Source: an uncultured Verrucomicrobiota bacterium
Lineage (GTDB): Bacteria > Verrucomicrobiota > Kiritimatiellia > RFP12 > UBA3636
Assembly (NCBI GenBank): GCA_937911295.1
Contig: CALDQE010000025.1
Span: forward strand, 47,750 to 111,749
Length of the DNA: 64,000 nucleotides
Reading direction: 5' to 3'
Shown here one piece after another: positions 15,888 through 25,207 of this stretch (positions are counted from its first letter, which is position 1; every line of letters begins with the position of its first letter). The translations under genes were made by a program, and so were the position numbers. The notes beneath the pieces are model-generated. The model ran no database searches and was not told the DNA's origin. It saw nothing but the letters and a program-made list of their open reading frames with translations.

Positions 15888-18800
15888 TTATTCCTCTGGC
15901 AATGTAATAAACATTGACCAGCTGATTACATACCAACCATTCTCAATACGTGTTAGAATTGTATTGCGACCTTTTCTTAGGTGAACCTTGCGGAAGCCCT
16001 CATTAATTCGCCAATATTTTAGTTCGTTAGTACTACTCCAAACCTTATAGTCGTTAATCCAAACGTCCATACGGTCATCACTACCAACGGCTACCCAGTA
16101 ATCACCCTCTTCTTCCATGAAGACCTCTGTGTATGCATACCAGATACCATACTGATCCTGAGACCATGGGCGAATCTCAGCACCACCATGTAGGTTATAT
16201 GCATTATACTCCCACTTGAGAATTTGTCCATCCTTACCAACGTAAGTTGCATCTAAATCAACCTTACTTTCTGGTGCAAACTTACGGGTCAGGTTAACGC
16301 GATTTGGATTAGGGAAAGGTCCAATAATATACCAATTTGAGATGCGGGCCCATTTTGCTGGCACACCAGAATTACCAATAAAGTTACCAGTTACTAAGCC
16401 CTCCATGCCTCTCTTCAAGGCAGGAACACCCATACCCTCTGCAGTACCGCCACGGACACCCTTTTCTGAAAGTCCCTTAACACCGGTCATATCCTCTGCT
16501 TTAACCTTTGTAGGAATCCATTTTGATGATCCAGCATTGCTTGATCTACCACCTAGCTTTGCATATGGGCTACCACCACGAGTATTATTCCCTTGTGAAT
16601 TAGAAGAAGCAGGATGCATGCTAGATTGAGCAAACTGCTGAGAGGTTCCTTGTCCATTTTGAGAACCCATTCGAGCATCTGCTTCAGCCATCATGCTAGA
16701 CAAATCCTTAGCCTGTTGAGAAGAATCCTCTGAGCCTGCTTCTTTAATTTCATTTGCCATATCAGAGAATTCATACATACGAGACAATCGCTCTTCGCGA
16801 GACATCGAACCTCCCTTAGAATAATTAGAATTATATCTATCTGGGAATACCATTACCTCAGCCTCAGCCATCACGCTCTTGGCAACAGCACTAATATTCT
16901 CTGCTTCACGAACAACCTTTGTCATCTCCTCACGCTTATTCAAGAACTCTTGCTCTGTTGAAGGCTCTGATGAAAGTAATGATTTATCAAACTCTGGGCG
17001 AATAGTTTTTGCAACATCTGTTATTTCAATCGCCTGAGATAATGGCATTTTTTGAGTAATTGCAAGCTCAGTAGCCTTTATATCACGATTCTTTTCTGCA
17101 ATCTGACTTTCTAGCTCCTTTGCCATTTCATAAGCTTCAGACAGAGGCAAGCGAGAAAGCATTGTATTTGCCAACTCAGGAGACTCCATTGTTGGGTCAG
17201 CAAAAGGCTCAGGTTGAGCGGATTCACTAGCGGCAAGCTTTGCAACATCCTTAACCATTTCCATCAATGCTTTTTGAGCTTCAGAAGCTTTATTATCCTT
17301 TTCATCAAGCTTCTTTGCCTTTTCTGCGGCAGCCTTTTCTAGTTCTTTCTTCTTTGCTTGAAGCTCTTCTGTATACTTCTTCGAGCGCTCCTCTTGGCTC
17401 TTCTTGTGATTCAAATCACGCTCAGCATTTGAAAGAGAAATCTGAGCATTACGATCCTTTTGTCTAGCAGAATTTAGCTGATCATTCTTTTGACGAAGGT
17501 TAGACTCAGCTTCATTGCGAGAGGTTTGAGCAGCCTTTTGTGATTGCTCTGCAGCAGTATATTGCTCCTTCTTTTCTTCAAATTTTTGCTTAGCCTCTGC
17601 CTGTTTTTGTTGTGCTTCTGCAAGCATCTTTTCACGTTGCTCACCAATCTTCTTCTCACTAGCCAGCTCGCGCTCACGGCCTTTAGTCCTTTCAGAGGCA
17701 TTGTGATGCTCCTGCCTAGCTTGGTCTGCAGCACGTTTTGCATTATTCTGCTTATTATTAGCATCATTTAAAGCATTCTTGCTAGCATTGCTATTTTTCT
17801 CAGCCTCTTGCTTATTCTTTTCAGCTTGGGCTAGCTCCTGATTTGCTTTATCAAGCATCTGCTTTTTCTCAGCTTCTGACTTTTTAGCATTTTCGAGATT
17901 TGCTTTTGCTTTGGCGATTTGCTCTTCGCTTTTCTGTTGATTCTTCTGAGCATCCGCTAGCTCACGTTCGCTCTTTTTAGTAGCTTCGTTAGCACGGTTC
18001 AATTCATTTTTAGCATTTTCTGCAGAACGCTTTGCTTCATTTAATTTATTATTAGCATCATTTAAAGCATTCTTGCTATCGTTACTCTTTTTCTCTGCGT
18101 CTTGCTTTTGTTGCTCAGCTTGAGCAAGCTCTTGATTTGCTTTATCGAGCTTTTGCTGTTTTTCTGCTTCAGCCTTCTTAGCACTTTCTAGCTCACGCTC
18201 TGCATTTGCTGTTTTATCCTTTGAAGCCTTTAACTCATCCTGACGCTTTTTCGCCTCATTATCCTTATTGCGGGCATCATTTTCAGCTTGATTACGCTCA
18301 TTTCGAGCCTTATTCAATTCATTATTGGCATTATTAGACTTTTGGTTAGCCTCATTACGTTGCTTTTCTGCTTCTTGCTTCTGTTGCTCTGCTTGCGCAA
18401 GCTCCTGAGCTGACTTTTCCTTTTCTTGGCGTTTTTCTTCTAAAGTCTTTTCAGCTTTTTCACGATTTGGCTTATATTCATTTTCAAACTTTTCTGCTTC
18501 CTTCTTTTGCTCCTCATAATTAGCATTTATAAGCTCATTATCCTTACGCAAATCCCAAACCAACTGCTTACTTTCTGCTTGAAGAGCATTTACCTCTTGC
18601 TGTGTCTTAAAGGCAGTTTGAGCTGCCTTTGTGGTTTTCTCCATTCCCGTAATTTCAGCCTTAGCAGCAATAACATCAAGCAAATTCTGGGCTAATGCTT
18701 GTGCTTGCTCGGCATCCTTAAAGCTTTGTTCATTCTTGTTTACAGCATTTGCGATTTGCTGGACAGCCTCTTGAGTTGCTGCTTGCTCTTGCATATCAGC

Positions 18801-19319
18801 AAGATCCTCGATAAAGGCTTCTGACTCTTGCTGATTTTCAAGGCTTACCTCTTGCTGCTCAATAACAGCCTCAAAAAGCTGCTCCATCTCAGACTTAACT
18901 TGCTCTGACTCCTGCTGAGCCATTTCATCATAATCCTTTAGAAGTTCATTCTTCATAAACTCCATATTGTGGAGGATTGTTTGTAGCTCCTCGAGATATT
19001 GAGCAATCTCATTTTCTCTTGCTTCCTCTACCTCTTCAGCAAGATCCTGTAGCTGCTCCTCGCTCATACGAGAAAGCTGTGATGGGGACTCCTGCTTCTT
19101 TTCTTTGATAATAATCTCACGTAGAGGTGTAAAAATCACCAAAAGAATAAATCCTATAATATGGAGAATCAATGATAATGTGGGCCAAACAGCCGCCATT
19201 CGGCGCTGAACCTTTTGTCTCTCTTTAATATCATCAGAGAAGAGCTTATGTGTAGTAGCATCGTGATTATCATTTGTGCTTTGTTTTGTATCTATATCGT
19301 TATTGAAATTTTCACTCAT
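15888..19319 (-). CDS. Giant protein of 1143 aa: a TonB-like signal anchor, about 900 aa of coiled coil with roughly 100-aa internal repeats, and a C-terminal PA14-like domain
   Basis: The anchor, RRMAAVWPTLSLILHIIGFILLVIF, compares with E. coli TonB WPTLLSVCIHGAVVAGLLY and carries the SxxxH motif. The C-terminus has AVGSDDRMDVWINDYKVWSS...LRKGRNTILTRIENG, which resembles the PA14 core. It is a paralog of 19341..21791. Confidence 0.65.
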   Translation of the reverse strand: MSENFNNDIDTKQSTNDNHDATTHKLFSDDIKERQKVQRRMAAVWPTLSLILHIIGFILLVIFTPLREIIIKEKKQESPSQLSRMSEEQLQDLAEEVEEARENEIAQYLEELQTILHNMEFMKNELLKDYDEMAQQESEQVKSEMEQLFEAVIEQQEVSLENQQESEAFIEDLADMQEQAATQEAVQQIANAVNKNEQSFKDAEQAQALAQNLLDVIAAKAEITGMEKTTKAAQTAFKTQQEVNALQAESKQLVWDLRKDNELINANYEEQKKEAEKFENEYKPNREKAEKTLEEKRQEKEKSAQELAQAEQQKQEAEKQRNEANQKSNNANNELNKARNERNQAENDARNKDNEAKKRQDELKASKDKTANAERELESAKKAEAEKQQKLDKANQELAQAEQQKQDAEKKSNDSKNALNDANNKLNEAKRSAENAKNELNRANEATKKSERELADAQKNQQKSEEQIAKAKANLENAKKSEAEKKQMLDKANQELAQAEKNKQEAEKNSNASKNALNDANNKQNNAKRAADQARQEHHNASERTKGRERELASEKKIGEQREKMLAEAQQKQAEAKQKFEEKKEQYTAAEQSQKAAQTSRNEAESNLRQKNDQLNSARQKDRNAQISLSNAERDLNHKKSQEERSKKYTEELQAKKKELEKAAAEKAKKLDEKDNKASEAQKALMEMVKDVAKLAASESAQPEPFADPTMESPELANTMLSRLPLSEAYEMAKELESQIAEKNRDIKATELAITQKMPLSQAIEITDVAKTIRPEFDKSLLSSEPSTEQEFLNKREEMTKVVREAENISAVAKSVMAEAEVMVFPDRYNSNYSKGGSMSREERLSRMYEFSDMANEIKEAGSEDSSQQAKDLSSMMAEADARMGSQNGQGTSQQFAQSSMHPASSNSQGNNTRGGSPYAKLGGRSSNAGSSKWIPTKVKAEDMTGVKGLSEKGVRGGTAEGMGVPALKRGMEGLVTGNFIGNSGVPAKWARISNWYIIGPFPNPNRVNLTRKFAPESKVDLDATYVGKDGQILKWEYNAYNLHGGAEIRPWSQDQYGIWYAYTEVFMEEEGDYWVAVGSDDRMDVWINDYKVWSSTNELKYWRINEGFRKVHLRKGRNTILTRIENGWYVISWSMFITLPEE
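17550..18413 (-). repeat. Three diverged in-frame tandem repeats of about 300 nt (roughly 100 aa each) inside the coiled-coil gene
   Basis: The protein repeats ANQELAQAEQQKQ(D/E)AEK(K/N)SN(D/A)SKNALNDANNK...AKR. The DNA segments at about 17741-17880 and 18040-18180 are visibly similar. Confidence 0.65.
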
Positions 19320-19340
19320 ACGGAAAATCCTCTTTTTTGA

Positions 19341-21791
19341 TTATTTTGTTAAATTATTTTCTAGTGCTATGCAAATAGACCAGCCGAAATTCCAATGTCC
19401 ATTTTCTACACGTGCCAATATTTTATTTCTGCCCTTGCGTAGAAGAACCTTACGAAAACCTTCATCAATTCTCCAAGCCTTTAAGACATCGGAGCTAGTC
19501 CAGACCTTAAAATCATTTATCCAAATATCAGAGCGATCATCGCTACCTATTGCCAGCCAAGCCTCACTCTCTTCCTCCATAAAAATCTCGGTGTATGCAT
19601 ACCAAATTTCATATTCACCAGAATATTCTGGAAGAACCATTGACTCCTTTGCATCTGGCTTTTGCCAATGATCTTTTTGCTGAGTAGCTGTTGCCTGAAC
19701 ATATTCCCATTTGATGGTTCTACCACCCTTACCGATATATGTGGCATCTAAATCAACCACGCTTTCCGGTGCAAATTTACGGGTAAGATTAACGCGATTT
19801 GGATTATCAAATGGACCAATGACATACCAATTATTTACATATCCCCAAATTGCTGGTACGCCATCTGAGCCAAAGATATTACCAGGTTCAAGACCTGGCA
19901 TTCCAGGCTCAAGCTTTCCTATACCTTTCAGACCCGTTTTTCCGCCAGGCACTGAGACTAGCTTTGTCTTCCCGTCCTGTTTTTCCATATCATACGTTTT
20001 TTCAGAAATAGCCTCTGGAGGCTGAGATTCTGCTAACTCTTCTGCTTGACGCATTAACTCAGCCAAATCCTTCTCTCGGTTCTGCTCATCCTCTGCACCT
20101 GCTTCAGCAATTTGATTTTGAAGCTCAGCCAAGTCATTCATACGCTTCAATCTATCATCTTTAGATTCTGCAAAATCCGCTCCATGCTGCTGTGGCTCAA
20201 TGAGAAGTGCGGCTTCAAGCATTACCTGCTTTGATTTAGTAAGAATATCCTCTGTTTCTCGGACAACCTTAGTCATCTCCTCGCGCTTTTCAACAAATTG
20301 AGCTTCTGTTTGTGGATTTGAATTCAAGATTTCTTTTTTAAATTCTGGGCGTTCTGTTTTAGCAACATCAGTAATATTTTCCGCCATTTTCATCGACATC
20401 TTTTGATTGATAGCCAATTCAGTGGCTTTGATATCGCGATTCTTTTCAGCAATTTGCTGTTCGAGCTCCTTTGCTTTCTCATAAGCATCTGCCAGTGAAA
20501 TATAGGAAAGATTTACATTAGCAAGCTCTGGAGAAGTCATTTTCTCATCAGCAAGAGGTTCTGGCTTTGGCTCTTCATTTTTTGCAAGCTCAGCAATCTC
20601 TTTTACATGCTCAAGGAGTTCCTTTTGAGAGGAAGAGGCCTTATTTTCTAGCTGTTCTAGGCGATTTATTCGCTCTTGGACCTCTTTTTCAACCTTTACA
20701 AGCTCATTAGACTTATTTTCCTTGTGCTTAGTGGTATCCTCCATTGCCTTCTGCTTACCAGCAAGGGATCTTTTAGCATGCTCATATTCCTTTTTTGCTT
20801 TATCGCGCTGCCCTTTTGCATGATTAAATTTATGCTGAGCATCCTTTTTCTCTTTCTGAGTTACGTCTTTATTTTGGGCAAGCTCTTTATTTACTTTTTC
20901 AGCCTCTACAAGAGCCTCTTCTTTAGCCTTTAATTCCTCAGTCTTTTCCGTCACCTTTTGTTCAGCTGTGGCCACATCCTGTTTGTGAAATTCTTCAAGC
21001 TTTTTCTCTGCATCAGCTATATTCTTTTTCAAATCGATTTGAACTGCATTTTTTGAACGAACTTCAAATAGCTTTTGGCGAGTTTCTGCTTGAAGTTCAT
21101 TTATTTCCAGCTGTGTTTTTCTTGCAAGCTCAGTTGCATCAGCTGTTTTTTTCATTTCTGTAATTTGGGCCTTAGCCACAATTACATCTAGGAGATTTTG
21201 TGCGATTGCTTGCGAATTCTCAACCTCCTTGAGAGCATTTTCTGTATCAGTAATTTTTTGGGCTACCTCAGTAGCAATCATAGAAACATCTTGTTTCTCC
21301 AAGTTAACGACCTGCTCAATGACCTTTTCAATTTCGTTTTGGAGTTCAGCACTTTTTGTTTGCTTCTCAATAACTTTATCAAAAAGCTGCTGGACTTCAG
21401 ATTTAACTTCTACAGCTTCCTGCTGAGCAAATTCATCATAGCTCTTCAGAAGCTCATTTTTCATAAACTCCATATTATGGAGAATAGTTTGTAATTCAAT
21501 AAGATATTGAGCAATTTCGTTCTCTCTAGCAAGCTCAATTTCCTTTGACAAATCCTCAATTTCTTCAGCACTTACACGAGATAGCAAAGAAGGTTGAGGT
21601 TTCTTTTCAATAATAATTTCCTTAAGTGGAGTAAAAATAACGAGAGCAACAAATCCTAGAAGATGGAGAACAAAAGACAAAATAGGCCACAAAAGAGCTA
21701 GCTGGCGTTGCCTACGCTGCCTTTCTTTTATATCATCAGAAAAGAGACGTGTATCACAATCCTTTTCTATTTTTTCTCTTTGTGTTTCCAT
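19341..21791 (-). CDS. Paralog of 816 aa with the same architecture: TonB-like anchor, coiled coil, C-terminal PA14-like domain
   Basis: The anchor is LALLWPILSFVLHLLGFVALVIF (SxxxH). It shares the N-terminal block NEIAQYL.ELQTILHNMEFMKNELLK and the C-terminal block WY.IGPF.NPNRVNLTRKFAPES.VDLDATY...GSDDRSDIWINDFKVW with 15888..19319. Confidence 0.65.
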   Translation of the reverse strand: METQREKIEKDCDTRLFSDDIKERQRRQRQLALLWPILSFVLHLLGFVALVIFTPLKEIIIEKKPQPSLLSRVSAEEIEDLSKEIELARENEIAQYLIELQTILHNMEFMKNELLKSYDEFAQQEAVEVKSEVQQLFDKVIEKQTKSAELQNEIEKVIEQVVNLEKQDVSMIATEVAQKITDTENALKEVENSQAIAQNLLDVIVAKAQITEMKKTADATELARKTQLEINELQAETRQKLFEVRSKNAVQIDLKKNIADAEKKLEEFHKQDVATAEQKVTEKTEELKAKEEALVEAEKVNKELAQNKDVTQKEKKDAQHKFNHAKGQRDKAKKEYEHAKRSLAGKQKAMEDTTKHKENKSNELVKVEKEVQERINRLEQLENKASSSQKELLEHVKEIAELAKNEEPKPEPLADEKMTSPELANVNLSYISLADAYEKAKELEQQIAEKNRDIKATELAINQKMSMKMAENITDVAKTERPEFKKEILNSNPQTEAQFVEKREEMTKVVRETEDILTKSKQVMLEAALLIEPQQHGADFAESKDDRLKRMNDLAELQNQIAEAGAEDEQNREKDLAELMRQAEELAESQPPEAISEKTYDMEKQDGKTKLVSVPGGKTGLKGIGKLEPGMPGLEPGNIFGSDGVPAIWGYVNNWYVIGPFDNPNRVNLTRKFAPESVVDLDATYIGKGGRTIKWEYVQATATQQKDHWQKPDAKESMVLPEYSGEYEIWYAYTEIFMEEESEAWLAIGSDDRSDIWINDFKVWTSSDVLKAWRIDEGFRKVLLRKGRNKILARVENGHWNFGWSICIALENNLTK

Positions 21792-21913
21792 TTTTCTAAT
21801 TTCGATTATCTTCTAAAATAGGTTGAATAATCTGGAGGCATTTCATTGCTCAATATCAAGGCAATGAAAGCACTCCAGAACTAACCAATAGGGAAAAAAG
21901 CTTAATACAACTA

Positions 21914-22333
21914 TTATTTAAACTTTTCACCTGGATCAGTATGAATACCGACTACACCAATGCCTTCAGCTTTGCAGGTATCCATTACCTGCACAATGAA
22001 TCTAAATGGTGCATACATATCACCAGAAATACGAATGCGTCTATCTGGGTTCTCAGCCATAGCTGTTTTCAGAGCGACACGTAGTCCTTCTGCACCAACT
22101 GGTTGAGAATTTATGTAAAACTTTCCATACTTATCTACACCGACAGTAACCATATCAGATGTTGCCTTAACCTTTAGGGAAAGATCTGAATGTGGGAGCT
22201 TAAGTTCAAGCTCCTTCTCAACCTTTTTCATTTGAGAGGAGACAAGGAAAAAGATAAGCAAAAGAAAAACGCAGTCAATTAGCGGTGTCATCTGTATATC
22301 TACAGACTCTTCTTCGTTATGTTTAATTGCCAT
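21914..22333 (-). CDS. exbD: ExbD/TolR-family biopolymer transport protein
   Basis: MAIKHNEEESVDIQMTPLIDCVFLLLIFFLVSS has the classic ExbD N-terminus. The protein is 139 aa. Confidence 0.8.
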   Translation of the reverse strand: MAIKHNEEESVDIQMTPLIDCVFLLLIFFLVSSQMKKVEKELELKLPHSDLSLKVKATSDMVTVGVDKYGKFYINSQPVGAEGLRVALKTAMAENPDRRIRISGDMYAPFRFIVQVMDTCKAEGIGVVGIHTDPGEKFK

Positions 22334-22403
22334 ATACGTACCTCTTATGGATAAAAATCAAAATTAAAGTTAAATTATTTGGGGAACCAAACAATTCAAA
22401 AGC

Positions 22404-23222
22404 TTATATATTACGTTGTACGAACAGGTTATTGATAATATCATTTACCTCTTCTTCTAGGAAGATTGCGTAAAGATTTAGCTTATTTTTAATAAAATTG
22501 TAGATAAACAAGCAAGGCATAGAGATAGCCAAGCCGGCAACAGTTGTTACTAGAGCCTTACCAATATCATCAGCAAGAATACTTGGGTCACCCATTTCAC
22601 CAACAGCAGCAACTGTTTGGAAAGCACCTAGCAAACCAACAACAGTACCGAAAAGACCTAGTAGAGGGGCAATTGTTGCAACAGTTGAAAGCATAGAAGA
22701 CTTACGATTCTCAAGACGGAGCTCACGACCAGCCTTATCTTCAGCGAATACCTTTACTTGCTGATAGTCTGCTGCATCCTTATGCTCAAGCATTGTTTCA
22801 ACAACGCGAGCAAGGGCACTCTTATTTTTAGCACAATATTGGCGAATATCTTCAAACTGTTCATTCTTCCAAAGGGTGATAACGTGGCTAGAGAAGCCAT
22901 CTGGAACGATTCTGCTACGGCGTAGAGTACAAGCACGCTCGATTGCACAACCAAGACCTAGTACAGAAAGGAGGCCCAACCAATACATAGTGGAACCACC
23001 CTGCTCAATCTGATGGACTAAGCTTTGAAATTTTGTTTTTGTCTCATTGTTTTTTGCATCTGAGCTATTAGAATCTGTAGAAGCACTATCTGTTAGATTT
23101 GTTTCCGTAGCGGAAGCAGTTAGATTTGTATCAGTTGCGGTTGAAGTTGCAGCATCATTAGCAAAAGCAAACATAGCAGCACTAGCGACGCTTAGAGCAA
23201 TTAGAGTTGTTTTTATTTTCAT
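22404..23222 (-). CDS. exbB: MotA/TolQ/ExbB-family proton channel with an N-terminal signal peptide and an S/T-rich extension
   Basis: It contains the C-terminal TM helices and the ExbB core MYWLGLLSVLGLGCAIERACTLRRS. The extension reads ATSTATDTNLTASATETNLTDSASTDSNSSD. Confidence 0.75.
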   Translation of the reverse strand: MKIKTTLIALSVASAAMFAFANDAATSTATDTNLTASATETNLTDSASTDSNSSDAKNNETKTKFQSLVHQIEQGGSTMYWLGLLSVLGLGCAIERACTLRRSRIVPDGFSSHVITLWKNEQFEDIRQYCAKNKSALARVVETMLEHKDAADYQQVKVFAEDKAGRELRLENRKSSMLSTVATIAPLLGLFGTVVGLLGAFQTVAAVGEMGDPSILADDIGKALVTTVAGLAISMPCLFIYNFIKNKLNLYAIFLEEEVNDIINNLFVQRNI

Positions 23223-23617
23223 TTTATTTTCCTTATTGATTAGTTTTATTATTATAAATTGATAAATGCATACCTATAGTAGCACCCTTGAAATTAGCAT
23301 AATTCATGCCACAAAAAACAAACTGACACAAAATATATTGTTTTGAGGGGAAAATAAAGTAGTTTTGACACAAAATTACAAATACGAGCACCTGCTTAAG
23401 TGTATACAACAGAACACAGTTTCGTAATTTACATACAAAAATAGGCATACTGATTGTGTTTTCCATAGGGTTAAAGACAGAAAGGGCGAAGGGAGTGGCA
23501 GTGTAAGCTCTGTGCAAGGCGAAAAGGTCTGCTCTGCTGTTGTATCAATCCTCTTAGTATCACCACACAAGTATCGTGCCTTATACACCCGCCAGCGAGC
23601 CAATCGTGTAAATAAAA

Positions 23618-23652
23618 AAAAGGCGTAAGCCGAAGCCTACGCCTTTTTGTAT
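23618..23652 (-). terminator. Rho-independent terminator immediately after oadB
   Basis: The sequence aaaaaaaaggcgtaagccgaagcctacgcctttttgtatttt is a hairpin flanked by an A-run and a T-run, and it could work in either direction. Confidence 0.55.
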
Positions 23653-23672
23653 TTTAGCTTTTGGTTTTTCTC

Positions 23673-25118
23673 TTAACCACCTAATAGGCGATACAAAATA
23701 CCAGCAGCAACTGCAGAACCAATAACGCCAGATACGTTTGGTCCCATTGCATTCATCAATAGGAAGTTTGTTGGGTCTTCCTTTAGACCTTCCTTGTTAG
23801 CTACACGTGCAGCCATAGGAACAGCAGATACACCCGCTGCACCAATTAGTGGATTAATCTTTGTCTTGCTGAATACGTTCATTAGCTTAGCCATTAGAAC
23901 ACCAGCAGCAGTACCGATACCGAATGCAATAACACCTAGAACCAAGATACCTACTGTTTCTCCTGTTACAAACTTCTCAGCAGCTAGCTTAGAACCAACT
24001 GAGATACCCAAGCAAATTGTAACGATGTTGCATAATGCATTCTGCATTGTGTCTGACAAACGATCAACAACACCGCACTCCTTAGCAATATTACCGAACA
24101 TCAATGCACCTACTAGAGGTACTGCAGATGGAAGCAATAGTGCACAAAGAATTATTACAACCAGAGGGAAGATTACCTTCTCGATCTTCTTAACTGGACG
24201 TAGTTGACCCATCTTAATCTTGCGCTCTTTCTGAGTTGTAAGAGCACGCATAATTGGTGGCTGGATAATTGGAACAAGAGCCATGTATGAATAAGCAGCA
24301 ACAGCGATAGCACCTAGCTTATCTGGGGCAAGCTTTGAAGTTAGCCAGATAGCTGTAGGACCGTCAGCACCACCGATAATACCGATAGATGCAGCATCCT
24401 TCAAACCAAAGTTGATACCAGGAACAAATACGCTTAAAGCGATAGCACCGATCAATGCAGTAAAGATACCGAACTGAGCTGCTGCACCTAGTAGAGCGGT
24501 TTTAGGATTAGCAATTAGCGGACCAAAGTCAGTCATTGCACCAACACCCATAAAGATTAGGATTGGGAAAAGACCAGTATCAACACCAAAGCTGAAGATA
24601 TAATAAAGGAAACCACCTGGAGAGACGCTTGCATTAGCAATCTGCTCTGCTGTCATTTCACCAATACCTAGCATTTCAGGCGTTGTAACACCAGCTAGAG
24701 GTACATTTGCCAAAAGGCCACCAAGACCAATTGGGAAAAGCAATAGTGGTTCAAAGCCCTTTACCAAAGCTAGGTAAATTAGGAATACACAAACAACAAT
24801 CATGATTAGCTGGCCAACGCCATAAGGCATACCGCCAAGCATATGAACTTCATGACCTTTAACAAACTGACCATCCTTGCGAGTATAGCCCTTTGTTACC
24901 CAATCAGGAGCATCTGTGCTTAGGAAGCCATAGATACCTGTATCCTTCCAGATACCCTTTGCCTTGTTTAGAATCTCTTCTGTTGTGAACTGCTTTGGAC
25001 CTTCATTTGAAGCTTCTACTTCTGCTGTAGGAGCTTCAACTTCTGGAACTGGAGTCAATGCAAATAGAGCTCCTGAGCCCATAAGCATTGCTGCTAGCAT
25101 TACTAATAATTTTTTCAT
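23673..25118 (-). CDS. oadB: Oxaloacetate decarboxylase (Na+-pumping) beta subunit with an N-terminal extension of about 95 aa that includes a signal peptide
   Basis: The core begins [49 protein letters not shown]. The extension is [22 protein letters not shown]. Confidence 0.8.
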   Translation of the reverse strand: MKKLLVMLAAMLMGSGALFALTPVPEVEAPTAEVEASNEGPKQFTTEEILNKAKGIWKDTGIYGFLSTDAPDWVTKGYTRKDGQFVKGHEVHMLGGMPYGVGQLIMIVVCVFLIYLALVKGFEPLLLFPIGLGGLLANVPLAGVTTPEMLGIGEMTAEQIANASVSPGGFLYYIFSFGVDTGLFPILIFMGVGAMTDFGPLIANPKTALLGAAAQFGIFTALIGAIALSVFVPGINFGLKDAASIGIIGGADGPTAIWLTSKLAPDKLGAIAVAAYSYMALVPIIQPPIMRALTTQKERKIKMGQLRPVKKIEKVIFPLVVIILCALLLPSAVPLVGALMFGNIAKECGVVDRLSDTMQNALCNIVTICLGISVGSKLAAEKFVTGETVGILVLGVIAFGIGTAAGVLMAKLMNVFSKTKINPLIGAAGVSAVPMAARVANKEGLKEDPTNFLLMNAMGPNVSGVIGSAVAAGILYRLLGG

Positions 25119-25207
25119 TATATGTAAAACCTTTCATTCTCTTTATTACCCATTGCTGTGGCAGGGTGTGGTTACACTCTGCCACAACTTGGGTTTAAGA
25201 GCAGCTA

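Noticed and set aside
16342-19671. Several antisense or off-frame ORFs of 60-130 aa inside and around the coiled-coil genes, for example 16342..16629, 17474..17771, 18507..18695 and 19276..19671.
   Set aside because: They are artefacts of the low-complexity GAA/GCA/AAG-rich coding repeats. They have no RBS context and no recognisable protein features.
23233-23603. Two overlapping small ORFs in the region upstream of exbB.
   Set aside because: The segment is the promoter and leader of exbB and ends at the oadB terminator. The peptides have no signal or domain features and the codon usage is poor.
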